In this document: in pieces, positions 28,388 to 37,687 of the stretch
Layout: every line of letters begins with the position of its first letter
How positions within the stretch are numbered: position 1 is the stretch's first letter
From: a virus
Taxonomy: Duplodnaviria > Caudoviricetes
DNA: 64,000 nucleotides
Strand: one strand, 5' to 3'
Virus record (IMG/VR): IMGVR_UViG_3300028805_000061
The notes under the pieces: model-generated
Databases searched by the model: none
Told to the model about the DNA's origin: nothing
The model's input: only the letters and a program-made list of their open reading frames with translations
Made by a program: the position numbers and the translations under genes

Positions 28388-29521
28388 GTGAACCCTTTAA
28401 GAATATTCAATCAAGTTATATCTGATTTCAAAACTAGAATTAGAAAAAAGTTTGCTAAAACTTTAGGGATTAAAGATATAGGAGCTTATAAAAAAGAAAT
28501 TCAAGAAATGTTAGATGATCTTGAATCAGTAGCTCAACCAGAAGTAATAGAAGAGTTAGTAGAACAATATGGTATACAAGGGGCTGCACAACATTATATA
28601 GAACTAAATAAATATTATAGAGAGTATTATTTCTTTATAATTAAAGAAGTGAAAAAAGCTGAAAATACAACTAATGAATTTAAGAATTTTGCTAGAAGAG
28701 CTGAGGCTGAGTGGGAAAGTACTTATAAAGAGATTATTCAATATTTGTATGATAAAAAACAAAGAATGCTTTATGGTGATACTAATGAAGATGTAAAAAC
28801 ATATAAAGCAAATTCTTTTGCTGATCAACCATTACCCTGGCTTAGAAAAGAAGAATTAAATGAAGAAGATATATTTAATTCAGACTATATTCCAGAAGGA
28901 TTATTTGGTGCTTCAGTTGGTGTTGCTGGAGGAGCAGCAGTTGCGGTAGCTATATCCTCTTTATCGGCAGCATTTCATATTCATCCTAAAGTATTTACTG
29001 GTATTTCTACTGCAGTAGGAGCTTTGATAGGGCATTTTATTCAAAAACACTATTTTATAGATTTTACTAATTATGTAAAATTAAAAAGATATATAACACA
29101 TTACCCAGAATCATTTGAAGTTATTTGTGATTTAATGGCAAAGAATGCAGTTAAGTTTCAACAAAAAGACCCAGTAAAATATAAAAAGATTTTAATGAAT
29201 TTAAAGAGACTTCAACAAAATCCTCCAGAAATATATAAGAATTATTTGGATGATGAAATAGAAGCTGAAGAATCTAATTTAGATAGTGGTCTATTTGATG
29301 TAAAGGATAGAGAAGGTAATTTAATTAAGTCAGGTACAAGTCAAATAGTAAATAATAATTATTATAATAGAGATTCTAGAATATCTAGAAGAGACAGATT
29401 CTCCTCTAGAAGAGCTCTTTCCAGAAGAAGAGATTACGATATGGATGACTTAACTAATAATAAGAGTATATCACATGATCAATTAGCTATACAAACAAAA
29501 GATTTGTTAGGAGATTTATAA
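28388..29521 (+). CDS. hypothetical protein with central glycine-zipper hairpin
   Basis: ELNEE...IPEGLFGASVGVAGGAAVAVAI...ISTAVGALIGH. Confidence 0.6.
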   Translation: MNPLRIFNQVISDFKTRIRKKFAKTLGIKDIGAYKKEIQEMLDDLESVAQPEVIEELVEQYGIQGAAQHYIELNKYYREYYFFIIKEVKKAENTTNEFKNFARRAEAEWESTYKEIIQYLYDKKQRMLYGDTNEDVKTYKANSFADQPLPWLRKEELNEEDIFNSDYIPEGLFGASVGVAGGAAVAVAISSLSAAFHIHPKVFTGISTAVGALIGHFIQKHYFIDFTNYVKLKRYITHYPESFEVICDLMAKNAVKFQQKDPVKYKKILMNLKRLQQNPPEIYKNYLDDEIEAEESNLDSGLFDVKDREGNLIKSGTSQIVNNNYYNRDSRISRRDRFSSRRALSRRRDYDMDDLTNNKSISHDQLAIQTKDLLGDL

Positions 29522-29522
29522 T

Positions 29523-29840
29523 ATGCAACAAGTAGGTCAAAGAAGATTAAAACCAAAAAGAACTCCTGAACAAATTAAACAGGATAAAATAAATAAGCTT
29601 AAAAATGATATTACAAAATTGAGACAAAAGAAAGCTGTATTAAGATTAGAATTAGCACAACAAAGACAAAATGCTAAATCAGCTGAATATAAGGCAAGGC
29701 TAGATGCAATAGATCAAAAAGTTACAGAAAAGATGCAACAAATGAGAGATATTGCTACTGGAGTAGTACATAAAGTAGGACAAGTAGCTGCAAGTCCAGT
29801 TACTTTAGCTAAAAGAGTTTGGGATGATTGGCAGGTATAG
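29523..29840 (+). CDS. basic coiled-coil protein
   Basis: Ends RVWDDWQV, like AAYQDWKV of 17335..17988. Confidence 0.6.
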   Translation: MQQVGQRRLKPKRTPEQIKQDKINKLKNDITKLRQKKAVLRLELAQQRQNAKSAEYKARLDAIDQKVTEKMQQMRDIATGVVHKVGQVAASPVTLAKRVWDDWQV

Positions 29841-30701
29841 ATGAATTTATCAGAAAAACTAAATAAAGTAATAGAAAAACTAAATAATAAAATAGAAGCA
29901 ATTCAAGTAAGTTATTATGATAAACTGAATGAAGATGCTACATTGTATTATTTCTATTACAATCAAAACAATGATCCTACTATAGTAAGTTGTCCTATAG
30001 GAGGAAAACCAACTAGTGAGTCTTTAGCAATATCTTTACCTAGTTCAGTACATCAAGATTTAGACTTTAGACCAAATTCAACTATTTCAGAAAGTCAACT
30101 TGAATCAGTAATTAAGACATTTAAGATTTTGACTGAAAACGTGTTAAGAAAAAATGTAGAAAATGGTAGAGTAATTCGTAAAAGAGTTACTACTATAGAA
30201 AAACCAAATACTATAAAACCCTTAGTAAATAAGATTAAAAGTAAAAAAGCTGGCTTATATGCACAAACTGCAGCAGCAAGAATTAAAAGGGAACGTTCTA
30301 ATAACGTTAGAGATATATTAAATTTAGATAAACAGGCTAAGAAAGATAAGTCCGTTTTAGAGAATAAGGAGAATATAATGAATAGAAATGACTTTAATCG
30401 TCGTACTTATAAGTTACATGAAACTTATATGACGTATCCTCAAGCTCGTTCAATTGCTGATGATATTGTAAATACATTATATACAAAGAAACTTGCTTCT
30501 TACAATATTAAATACCCACAAACAGGTACTTGTGTTGTAGATCAAAAAGGTTTCTCCATTGATTTTGGAATGATGAATCGTAAATATATGGCAAAAGAAC
30601 AACTCCTAGACTATATTGCTAAAGATATTCTAGGAAGATGTTCTAGAGGCGAAGAATTACCTGAAGAAGTTGCAAAGAAAATTACGCTTCATCAGGTTTA
30701 A
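29841..30701 (+). CDS. putative prohead core protein
   Basis: Between portal and protease; LNE/LTE sites; basic segment RKNVENGRVIRKR...AARIKRERS like T4-type core proteins. Confidence 0.5.
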   Translation: MNLSEKLNKVIEKLNNKIEAIQVSYYDKLNEDATLYYFYYNQNNDPTIVSCPIGGKPTSESLAISLPSSVHQDLDFRPNSTISESQLESVIKTFKILTENVLRKNVENGRVIRKRVTTIEKPNTIKPLVNKIKSKKAGLYAQTAAARIKRERSNNVRDILNLDKQAKKDKSVLENKENIMNRNDFNRRTYKLHETYMTYPQARSIADDIVNTLYTKKLASYNIKYPQTGTCVVDQKGFSIDFGMMNRKYMAKEQLLDYIAKDILGRCSRGEELPEEVAKKITLHQV

Positions 30702-30715
30702 GGAGATAATGTTAA

Positions 30716-32218
30716 ATGGGACTAATTTCATTAAATGAAGTATGGGACTTCAATAGTTCTGATATAGCAGCTATTGGATCAGATACTCCTTATAAATTAA
30801 CTGAAGATTATCTAGTAGAAGGAGCTACTGCTCCAGAAGTAGATGGTAAAATAATACTAGGAAAAGTAATGGGCCCTAGCTTTTTTGGAGATGGAGTTTC
30901 ACGTAATCAGAGATTTTACCCTAGATCTCTTTGGGAAAGACAATTATCTTTACCAAGAATTAAAGAAAGATTAGCTAATCGTACAATGTTAGGTACAATT
31001 GGGCATGATGATGGTCCAGTAACCGAACAAGATATCTCTTCTGGTAGAGTATCTCATATTATTACTAATCTTTATTTAAAAGAGAATAATCAAGGTATTT
31101 CTGAATTACTTATATTGAATACTCCAGCCGGTAGAAATCTTTATACTTTGATGAAAGCTGGTAGTCGGTTAAAGATTTCCACTAGAGCGCAAGGGCAATT
31201 TCTAGAAGGAGAAACTCATAATGGGCTTCCTATAGTAGATCCAAAAACTTTTGTGTTAGAAGGTCTAGATATTGTTATTGAACCAGGATTTATAGAAACT
31301 GACCCAAGACTTCAAGAGTCCTTGAACAGAGTTACTCAGAGAGTTACTTCTATTTTAGAATCTAGAAGAAATATTACCAGCAACGTTAATAATACAAAAT
31401 CAATAAAAGAAAACAAAGGAGAAAACATTATGGAAATTACAGAACAACTATTACAAGAAGTTAGATCAGCTTCTAATGTTTACAAAACAATGTATGAAGA
31501 ACAAAAGAAATTAAGAGAAGAAGCTGAAGATGACAAAAAAGAAGCTGAAAAAGAATGTGAAGAATGCAAAAAAGAATTAGAAGAATGCAAAAAACAATTA
31601 TCAGCTTATAGAATGCTTGGAGAAGCTGCTGACTTATCACAAACTATTCAAGAATATGCAGAATTAGGTTTCTCTTCTCCCACAGAAGCAGCATTTATTC
31701 TTAATTCTTTAAAAGAAGAAGCAGAAGATGCTATAGATAAAGAAGAAGTAGAAGACATTAAAAAAGATGTAAAAGAAGCTGCTGAACTTTTGGCTCAATA
31801 TGAATCTTTAGGTACAGTAGATGAACTTAAAGCTATTAAAGAAAAAGCAGAAGAATTAGTTGATGAACTTGATAAAAAAGAAGAAGATGAAGTTACTGAA
31901 AGACTTTGCAGAAAATATCAACTTCCCGAATCTATTGTTCGTAAATTCGTTGAAACTTCAGAAGATGAAGAAGAAGCTGAAAAAGAAATTGAAGAAGCTT
32001 TAGAAGGTATGCCTGATCCAGAAGTAGATGATAAATCTGGTACTGATTTAGATGACTTCGAAAACGATCACGAACTTCCTAACAAAGTAAATAATAATGA
32101 TGTAGAAGCAGTTCCTGATGTAGTTGAAGAGTCTTTGAAAAAATTAGCTAGTAAACCTAAATCAGCAATCTTAGAAGGCTATAAACCTGGTTCATTAGTT
32201 AAATCTATGTTTGATTAA
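30716..32218 (+). CDS. prohead protease (T4 gp21-like) fused to acidic coiled-coil scaffold
   Basis: SRNQRFYP, LGTIGH, VSHII, ILNTPAGR, ISTRAQG, DIVIEPGF; Glu/Lys-rich helical C-terminal half. Confidence 0.88.
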   Translation: MGLISLNEVWDFNSSDIAAIGSDTPYKLTEDYLVEGATAPEVDGKIILGKVMGPSFFGDGVSRNQRFYPRSLWERQLSLPRIKERLANRTMLGTIGHDDGPVTEQDISSGRVSHIITNLYLKENNQGISELLILNTPAGRNLYTLMKAGSRLKISTRAQGQFLEGETHNGLPIVDPKTFVLEGLDIVIEPGFIETDPRLQESLNRVTQRVTSILESRRNITSNVNNTKSIKENKGENIMEITEQLLQEVRSASNVYKTMYEEQKKLREEAEDDKKEAEKECEECKKELEECKKQLSAYRMLGEAADLSQTIQEYAELGFSSPTEAAFILNSLKEEAEDAIDKEEVEDIKKDVKEAAELLAQYESLGTVDELKAIKEKAEELVDELDKKEEDEVTERLCRKYQLPESIVRKFVETSEDEEEAEKEIEEALEGMPDPEVDDKSGTDLDDFENDHELPNKVNNNDVEAVPDVVEESLKKLASKPKSAILEGYKPGSLVKSMFD

Positions 32219-32243
32219 TCATTTTTCTTCTTATATAAACTAA

Positions 32244-32281
32244 TAAATAACCCTTTGATTAAAAAATCAAAGGGTTATTTA
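32244..32281 (+). terminator. intrinsic terminator
   Basis: 17-bp stem TAAATAACCCTTTGATT / AATCAAAGGGTTATTTA. Confidence 0.8.
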
Positions 32282-32327
32282 ATGTAAATTCTTATTATAT
32301 CATATATAAAATCAAAAGGAGGAAGTA

Positions 32328-32966
32328 ATGTCAATATTTTTCAAAAATACTAGTAAAACTAAATCAATTAGTTTAAGATATGGTGATGGTAATAATAATA
32401 TGATTCAATTAAAACCTGGCCAACAACAACCCATACCTTCAATATTTAATAAACAAAAACTACAATCTTATTTACGTTTATTTAAAGATTTGAAAATAGT
32501 AGAAGAACTTGAAGAAATAAAAGAAGAAAATAATGATATAACAGGAGAAGTAAATGGAGATTCTATTAAAGATAATTCAGAAAGTCAATTATCTACACCA
32601 GACGATACCTCAGGAGAACAGCAAGATAATCTTAATTCACAAGATGATAATCAACAGACAGAAAATCAAGAGGGAAACAATGATCCAGTAGTAAATGGAC
32701 CTGTTGAAGGGGAACAGCCAGAAAATCAAGAAGGGGACAATGATCCAGTAATAAATGGGTCTGTTGAAGGAGAACAGACAGAAAATAGAAATACTGAAGA
32801 TCAAGAAAAAGATAAACTTCCTATATATACTGAAAAAGAATTAAATAAATTATCTGCTGGAGAAATAAAAGAGATTGCTAAAAAATTAGGTATTGAAGTT
32901 ACAGAAGATTCTACTAAAAAAGCATTAATACCTGTTATATTAAATAAACAAGGAAAATTAGAATAA
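32328..32966 (+). CDS. acidic protein with C-terminal Rho-N/HeH-like domain
   Basis: LNKLSAGEIKEIAKKLGI......KKALIPVIL; internal 20-aa tandem repeat. Confidence 0.7.
   Translation: MSIFFKNTSKTKSISLRYGDGNNNMIQLKPGQQQPIPSIFNKQKLQSYLRLFKDLKIVEELEEIKEENNDITGEVNGDSIKDNSESQLSTPDDTSGEQQDNLNSQDDNQQTENQEGNNDPVVNGPVEGEQPENQEGDNDPVINGSVEGEQTENRNTEDQEKDKLPIYTEKELNKLSAGEIKEIAKKLGIEVTEDSTKKALIPVILNKQGKLE
32653..32786 (+). repeat. 60-bp in-frame tandem repeat (about 2.2 copies)
   Basis: ENQEGNNDPVVNGPVEGEQP / ENQEGDNDPVINGSVEGEQT / EN. Confidence 0.85.
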
Positions 32967-33877
32967 TGAATAATATGACAAAATATTCTAAAGAGATTAT
33001 AGAAGAATTGTATATTAATCAAAATAAAACTAGAAAAGAGATTTGTGAAATTTTAAAAATTTCTTGTAAAAAGTTTTGTAAGATGATAAAAGATTATGAT
33101 ATATATAAATCTAAAGATAAAATAATTTCTAGAATAAAACAGTCTAACATAAATACTTATGCTACTGGGAAACCTCAAGAAAAAATAAAACAAACTTTTA
33201 TAAAAAATTGGGGAGTTGAAAACCCCAATAAATTACTTACAATTCAGAATAAGAAAATTAATACTTCTTTAGAAAGATATGGAGAATCCCATCCCAATAA
33301 ATCTAAAGAAGTAAAAATTAAAATTTCTCAAAGTAATAAAAAAGTATATGCTACTGGAAAACCTCAAATAAAACAACAAGAAACTTTTCAAAAAAAATAT
33401 GGATATAATACCCCTCTATTAATTCCTAAAATTAGAGATAAGATTAGAGAAGGTTTTGATTCAGGTATTACACAACTGAAAGACTATAAAACCAAAAAGA
33501 AAAATAAATCTTTTAATAAATCAAAACCAGAAGAAGAAGCTTATCAATTACTCTTAACAAAATTTCCAGTAGAAGATATTGAGAGACAATATAGATCTGA
33601 ATTATACCCATTTAATTGTGATTTTTATATCAAATCCTTAGATCTATTTATAGAATGTAATTTTCATTGGACACATGGGAAATACCCCTATACGAATATT
33701 AAAGACCCTTTATTAGAAAAATGGGAAACAAGAAAAGATAAAAAATTCTATCAAAAAGCAATTGAAGTATATACTAGATTCGATCCTTTAAAAAGAAAAA
33801 TGGCTCAACAAAATAATCTTAATTGGATTGAATTCTTTACTTTAGCTGATATTTACAATTATATAAAGGAGTTATAA
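32966..33877 (+). CDS. free-standing homing-type endonuclease (PD-(D/E)XK, Vsr-like)
   Basis: HTH N-terminus, repeated K..T...KYG..NP motifs, SKPE...ERQY...FNCDFYI...DLFIECN.HW.H. Confidence 0.75.
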   Translation: MNNMTKYSKEIIEELYINQNKTRKEICEILKISCKKFCKMIKDYDIYKSKDKIISRIKQSNINTYATGKPQEKIKQTFIKNWGVENPNKLLTIQNKKINTSLERYGESHPNKSKEVKIKISQSNKKVYATGKPQIKQQETFQKKYGYNTPLLIPKIRDKIREGFDSGITQLKDYKTKKKNKSFNKSKPEEEAYQLLLTKFPVEDIERQYRSELYPFNCDFYIKSLDLFIECNFHWTHGKYPYTNIKDPLLEKWETRKDKKFYQKAIEVYTRFDPLKRKMAQQNNLNWIEFFTLADIYNYIKEL

Positions 33878-34773
33878 TGTTATTATTAGAAGAAGCAATA
33901 AGAACAGTTGTTACTTCTCTGGGTAATCAGATCATTCCACTAGAAGCTTTTTCTCTAGATAAAGATACAATACAGCAGGATATGTTTTTACCTACATTAA
34001 GAGAATATCAAGAGTATTTTCCAAACATAAAGACTAAAACTATTACTGCAAATTCATTAGGAGGATCTGATATAGTAATTAATTTACCTGATTGTATTGG
34101 ATCTCCTTTGAGTATGAGATTTGGGGGCTATCCTAATGTACCTCCTTTGAATAGTCTTTATTCTAAACCAGATTGGAGTTGGGATTTTCAAACTAAAACT
34201 CTTCATACTGTAATGGGAGGAGGCCCCTGGATACTTACTTATGCAGCTAATTATACTTTAGAAAATGCTCAAGTAATAGAGTCTTTCCAGACTCTTAAAG
34301 ATGAAGATGAAATCTCCTTTAAAATAAGAGGTGAGTTCAAGGGTAAATCTTTAAAGATTACTAGGAAGAAAGATAAACTTTCAATGAAAGTAGTTGATGT
34401 TTATAAAAAAGATGGACTCACGTATGGGGAATTAGAAGGTCAATTAGGAGCTGGTAGAATTTGTTTAAATGATTTAAGATGTAAACTTGAATTAGATTCT
34501 ACTAGAGACGATGAGCTTATTATAGAATACATTTCTAAATATAAAGCTATACAAGAGTTAACTTTTCAAAATATGGAATTTCTTATTTGGTTTGCAAGTA
34601 AATTACTTACTTCAATAGGTTCTCTTAAACTAATGACTCAATTAGATGGTATGCCATTTAATATTGCAATTGATGATCTAAGAACAAGAGGTCTTGAATT
34701 AGTTAATCAAGTAGAAACTGATTTAAAAGTACAAAAACAAGAATTTTATTCTTGGACAGGAAGTAAATATTAG
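33877..34773 (+). CDS. putative neck/head-tail adaptor protein (gp13-like)
   Basis: Position; C-terminal GMPFNIAIDDLRTRGLEL typical of adaptors. Confidence 0.55.
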   Translation: MLLLEEAIRTVVTSLGNQIIPLEAFSLDKDTIQQDMFLPTLREYQEYFPNIKTKTITANSLGGSDIVINLPDCIGSPLSMRFGGYPNVPPLNSLYSKPDWSWDFQTKTLHTVMGGGPWILTYAANYTLENAQVIESFQTLKDEDEISFKIRGEFKGKSLKITRKKDKLSMKVVDVYKKDGLTYGELEGQLGAGRICLNDLRCKLELDSTRDDELIIEYISKYKAIQELTFQNMEFLIWFASKLLTSIGSLKLMTQLDGMPFNIAIDDLRTRGLELVNQVETDLKVQKQEFYSWTGSKY

Positions 34774-34782
34774 GAGTAGATA

Positions 34783-35436
34783 ATGCCAGATAATTTTAAA
34801 GAATCACCTGATTATAAAGCTGATCAACATATTTCAAAAGAGAATCTAAAAGATTTAGCATTATCTACAACCGATGTAGTTGATGCTTATAATTCTGATA
34901 GGGCTGATAGACTAGAGAATAATTGGACAGCTAAGTCTCTTTATGCTTCTACTATTAGTTTTAAAGCTTGGAGAAAGAAATATTCTAAGCCAGGAAATAT
35001 AGTTTTAAAGAAACCTACTCCCTTTGCTGGTACTTCTTCTATAATGTTTAATGCTACAATGAAGGGTGTTACACAGTATCCAGATTTACATAGAGTAGTA
35101 ATTATGTTTTCAGGTTTGAAATTTGCTAAAGAACCTTTTAAAAATTGTATTGATGTTGAATATAAGGGCAAAGTTTATTATGTAGAAAAACCCAGTCTTA
35201 ATAAAACTACTATAAGAGTTAGATGTTCTTGTAAAGATTTTTATTTCTGTTTTAGTTTATGGGATTATTTGAATAGAGCAATAGTAGGTCCTAAACCTAA
35301 AAAATATACAAGAAAAACACCTCCTCCAAGTCAAGGAGGTAGACCTTATGTAAATCCTGGAAAGATACCTGGTTTATGTAAACATATATTTTGGTTAATG
35401 AGATATTTAAAACAAAAGGGTTGGGTAAGAACATAA
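34783..35436 (+). CDS. SWIM zinc-finger protein
   Basis: RVRCSCKDF...NP...PGLCKHI. Confidence 0.7.
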   Translation: MPDNFKESPDYKADQHISKENLKDLALSTTDVVDAYNSDRADRLENNWTAKSLYASTISFKAWRKKYSKPGNIVLKKPTPFAGTSSIMFNATMKGVTQYPDLHRVVIMFSGLKFAKEPFKNCIDVEYKGKVYYVEKPSLNKTTIRVRCSCKDFYFCFSLWDYLNRAIVGPKPKKYTRKTPPPSQGGRPYVNPGKIPGLCKHIFWLMRYLKQKGWVRT

Positions 35437-35456
35437 AATTTTAAGGAGCAAATAAG

Positions 35457-35831
35457 ATGAATAATACAGACTTAACAGAGAAACTTTGTCTACATATAAT
35501 TAGAAATTCCAACCCTTCAGAAATATCAGAAGGAATAGCTGGTAAAGAAGCTATAAGATTTTTAAAAGACTCTGGTATACTTATTCTTCAAATTAAGAAA
35601 TTAAAAGAAAATCAGGAACTGTTTTTAGACTTGATTGAACCTGTAGGGTTTGTTTCCATATTAAAAGAAGATAATAAATATGTAATAACAATAGTTATTA
35701 AAGGTCAAAAAAGTAAAGTTATAATAGTAGAAAAACCATTAGAAGTTTATAAAAAGATTTTTGATATATTTAAAGATCAAATGACTACTGGTATTAAGAA
35801 TTTGAAATTAAAATATGAAGTCCATAATTAA
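35457..35831 (+). CDS. hypothetical protein
   Basis: RBS AAGGAG. Confidence 0.6.
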   Translation: MNNTDLTEKLCLHIIRNSNPSEISEGIAGKEAIRFLKDSGILILQIKKLKENQELFLDLIEPVGFVSILKEDNKYVITIVIKGQKSKVIIVEKPLEVYKKIFDIFKDQMTTGIKNLKLKYEVHN

Positions 35832-35843
35832 TAAAGGCACAAT

Positions 35844-36149
35844 ATGCTAAATAATACACTTAATGAAATATTTAATGAAGTAGATAAAATAGACACACAT
35901 ACAAATAACCAATGTATGAATTGTGGAGCTAATTTACCCAATGAATATGCTACTAAATGTGAAGTATGTGGTTATGATTGTATAAGTGAATTTAGTTGCC
36001 CATACAAAGTAATAAAACAAATCCCTATACAAAATTCTCCAGTTACTTTAGCATTTTGTGAATTATCTAAAAAACAATGTAATGTACAAGGGTTAGACTT
36101 TGAAATCTGTTCAGTATTTAGAAGTTTAGATTCATTAAAGGATGATTAA
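35844..36149 (+). CDS. zinc-ribbon protein
   Basis: CMNCG...CEVCG. Confidence 0.65.
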   Translation: MLNNTLNEIFNEVDKIDTHTNNQCMNCGANLPNEYATKCEVCGYDCISEFSCPYKVIKQIPIQNSPVTLAFCELSKKQCNVQGLDFEICSVFRSLDSLKDD

Positions 36150-36843
36150 TATGTTTAATAATTATGATAGTTTTTTTCATTTAGATTTATGGGAAAGCTG
36201 TGAAAATGAAACTACTGGCTTTCCCATAAAAAGAAATAATTCTCTTAATAGAATAAATCAAATAATAGAAAAATTTGATAGCTTAAATGAAGCAATTGAA
36301 GTAGATGGTAAATGGTATAATAATTTAGAAGATGTATATCATGTAGGGTCAGCTAAGAAATTTGATGATGCCAGATTTTTATTAAATACCACTAATCCCA
36401 TGAATTTGAAAAAGAAATATTCTAAAGATAATCAATATCCTATAGATTTCTTTATTCAGTTCATTGATCCAAAAACTCTTAAAGTAGTTTCCTTTATGAT
36501 AGTATATGAACAAAATCCTTTTGGGGAAGGTTCTTTTGGTGGACAAAAAAATTGTTGTAGATTGATTCTTTATAAAACAAAAGCTTTTGCAATGGAAAAA
36601 ACTGATACAAAACATAGATTTGCTTTCATAGTAAAAAATGCAAAAGATATTAAAAATATTAAAGAAGATCCTTCTTTAAGAATATTATGGCAAGATGAAC
36701 CAAGAAAAACTATCTCCAATCTTAAACCTTCTGAGATTCATAATGAACTATTAGCTGCTGTAAAAACACTCAATTCAGCTGGTTATATAGTAATAGATGA
36801 TTTTGATGATACTATAGAAAGAATTTTAAATGCCACAAGATAA
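36142..36843 (+). CDS. hypothetical protein with possible head-targeting leader ending LNE
   Basis: LNRINQIIEKFDSLNEAI. Confidence 0.55.
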   Translation: MINMFNNYDSFFHLDLWESCENETTGFPIKRNNSLNRINQIIEKFDSLNEAIEVDGKWYNNLEDVYHVGSAKKFDDARFLLNTTNPMNLKKKYSKDNQYPIDFFIQFIDPKTLKVVSFMIVYEQNPFGEGSFGGQKNCCRLILYKTKAFAMEKTDTKHRFAFIVKNAKDIKNIKEDPSLRILWQDEPRKTISNLKPSEIHNELLAAVKTLNSAGYIVIDDFDDTIERILNATR

Positions 36844-37261
36844 AAGAACAGCTACATATAAAATCTTAAAAGCTAATATCCCTATAATTGAATCCTTATT
36901 AGCTGTAAAAGAAAAATCAGAAGGCTATAGATGTTTAGTATATTTTCCAATAGGTACTGATTCTGTTTATGGAGTATTAGATCAATATACTTACTATAAG
37001 AAACCTGATTTAGATAAACTATTTGTTTGTTTGTCTGCTGTTCAAGAATCCTGGCAAGGTACAATAGATGGTACACAATATGATCCATTTTTAAGTGATC
37101 CTCCAGTAATATTAACTACATTTGAAAAGAAATTACCTATAATGAGTAAAGTAGTTCTTTATTATAATGAAGGAATTAGAATTTTTAGAGTAGCTTTTCA
37201 TAGATCTTATGATGGTGCTAAACCTTATTTAATAAGAAATATGTTACAACCATTAAGTTAA
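36830..37261 (+). CDS. putative head closure/neck protein (gp14-like)
   Basis: G..C.VYFP...DSVYG....Y.Y...PD pattern; structural context. Confidence 0.45.
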   Translation: MPQDKRTATYKILKANIPIIESLLAVKEKSEGYRCLVYFPIGTDSVYGVLDQYTYYKKPDLDKLFVCLSAVQESWQGTIDGTQYDPFLSDPPVILTTFEKKLPIMSKVVLYYNEGIRIFRVAFHRSYDGAKPYLIRNMLQPLS

Positions 37262-37322
37262 TTTTAAAGTTATAAGCTTACATCCCTTATTAAAATATGA
37301 AATTAATAGGAGAAAATTTAAT

Positions 37323-37526
37323 ATGGATGAAGAATTAGAGAATAATTATAATACTTCTTATATAGTTATTCAGGAAATTGATACAATGGTAACAAAATCT
37401 ATTACTGTTTTAGGAGAATTTGAAAATGAAGAAGAGGCTAAAGAATTTATAAAGTATTATAAAACTATTCAAAAGCCTGTTTCTGGCTATATAAAATATA
37501 GAATATCTCTTTTTTATAGAAAATAA
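37323..37526 (+). CDS. hypothetical protein
   Basis: RBS AGGAG. Confidence 0.6.
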   Translation: MDEELENNYNTSYIVIQEIDTMVTKSITVLGEFENEEEAKEFIKYYKTIQKPVSGYIKYRISLFYRK

Positions 37527-37548
37527 AAGGAGAACATAAATGTTCTCC
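37521..37548 (-). terminator. terminator closing cassette 2
   Basis: GGAGAACAT-AA-ATGTTCTCC stem (37529-37548) followed by TTTTATTT on the - strand; same position as the cassette 1 hairpin. Confidence 0.8.
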
Positions 37549-37577
37549 AAAGAAGTTTGATAAAATATTTTGAAGTT
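37546..37577 (-). repeat. cassette 3' conserved element, copy 2
   Basis: TCCAAAGAAGTTTGATAAAATATTTTGAAGTT, compared with 9643-9674. Confidence 0.95.
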
Positions 37578-37581
37578 TAAA

Positions 37582-37671
37582 CTAATATTTCTTAGTAAAA
37601 GTCCAGACATTAGCAGTACTACTATCACCTTGCTGACTATAAAAATATTTCTTATATAATTTCTTTTTCAT
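37582..37671 (-). pseudogene. chimeric 29-aa remnant: foreign N-terminus plus last 19 aa of an RCC1-repeat gene
   Basis: MKKKLYKKYF-YSQQGDSSTANVWTFTKKY* compared with YSQQGNGDTTDILTFTKRN* of 9680..10309; RBS GAAAGGA. Confidence 0.75.
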
Positions 37672-37687
37672 AATTTATATCCTTTCG

